In this document: positions 63,798 through 64,000 of the stretch, piece after piece
How positions within the stretch are numbered: position 1 is the first letter of the stretch
Layout of the letters: each line of letters starts with the position of its first letter
Assembly (NCBI RefSeq): GCF_009914755.1
Contig: NC_060934.1
Origin: the human T2T-CHM13v2.0 reference genome, Homo sapiens
DNA length: 64,000 nucleotides
Reading direction: 5' to 3' (one strand)
Program-made: the position numbers and the translations under genes
Notes under the pieces: generated by a model
Seen by the model: the letters and a program-made list of their open reading frames with translations, nothing else
Told to the model about the DNA's origin: nothing
Databases searched by the model: none

Positions 63798-64000
63798 AGA
63801 TCATGCATTTTTAAGGAAGTTGTATGTTTCATGTAGGTTATCCAATTTGCTTATGTATAGTTGTTCACAGTATTCCCTTATAACCCTTTTTATTTCCGTA
63901 AAATTAGTAGTAATGTCCCTACTTTCATTTCTGATTTTAGTGATTTGAGTCTTCTTTTTTACTTAGTCATTCTAGCTAAAGGTTTCAATTTTGTTAATCT

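Overview
Primate (almost certainly human, chr10q22) genomic DNA with two convergent liver-expressed genes. The last five coding exons of OIT3/LZP (EGF + ZP domain, + strand, 3095-23902) face the complete 4-exon, 195-aa PLA2G12B gene (- strand, 26995-46063). The rest is dominated by nested transposable elements: about 45 Alus, a long old L1PA in an OIT3 intron carrying a full-length NPM1 processed pseudogene, a full-length L1MA, L1MB/L2/MIR/MLT relics and several DNA transposons. I see no new protein-coding system; nearly all other ORFs in the track are Alu/L1 or antisense artefacts. The most unusual items are non-coding: a tailless retro-insertion of a 5' half of tRNA-Ile(AAT) with perfect TSDs, an isolated ~2.4-monomer alpha-satellite island in a PLA2G12B intron, two fold-back palindromes, and a MER53 hairpin with a miR-1302 seed in PLA2G12B intron 1. 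Exon boundaries were checked by splice dinucleotides and phase arithmetic. Repeat subfamily names and most repeat boundaries are by eye and approximate.
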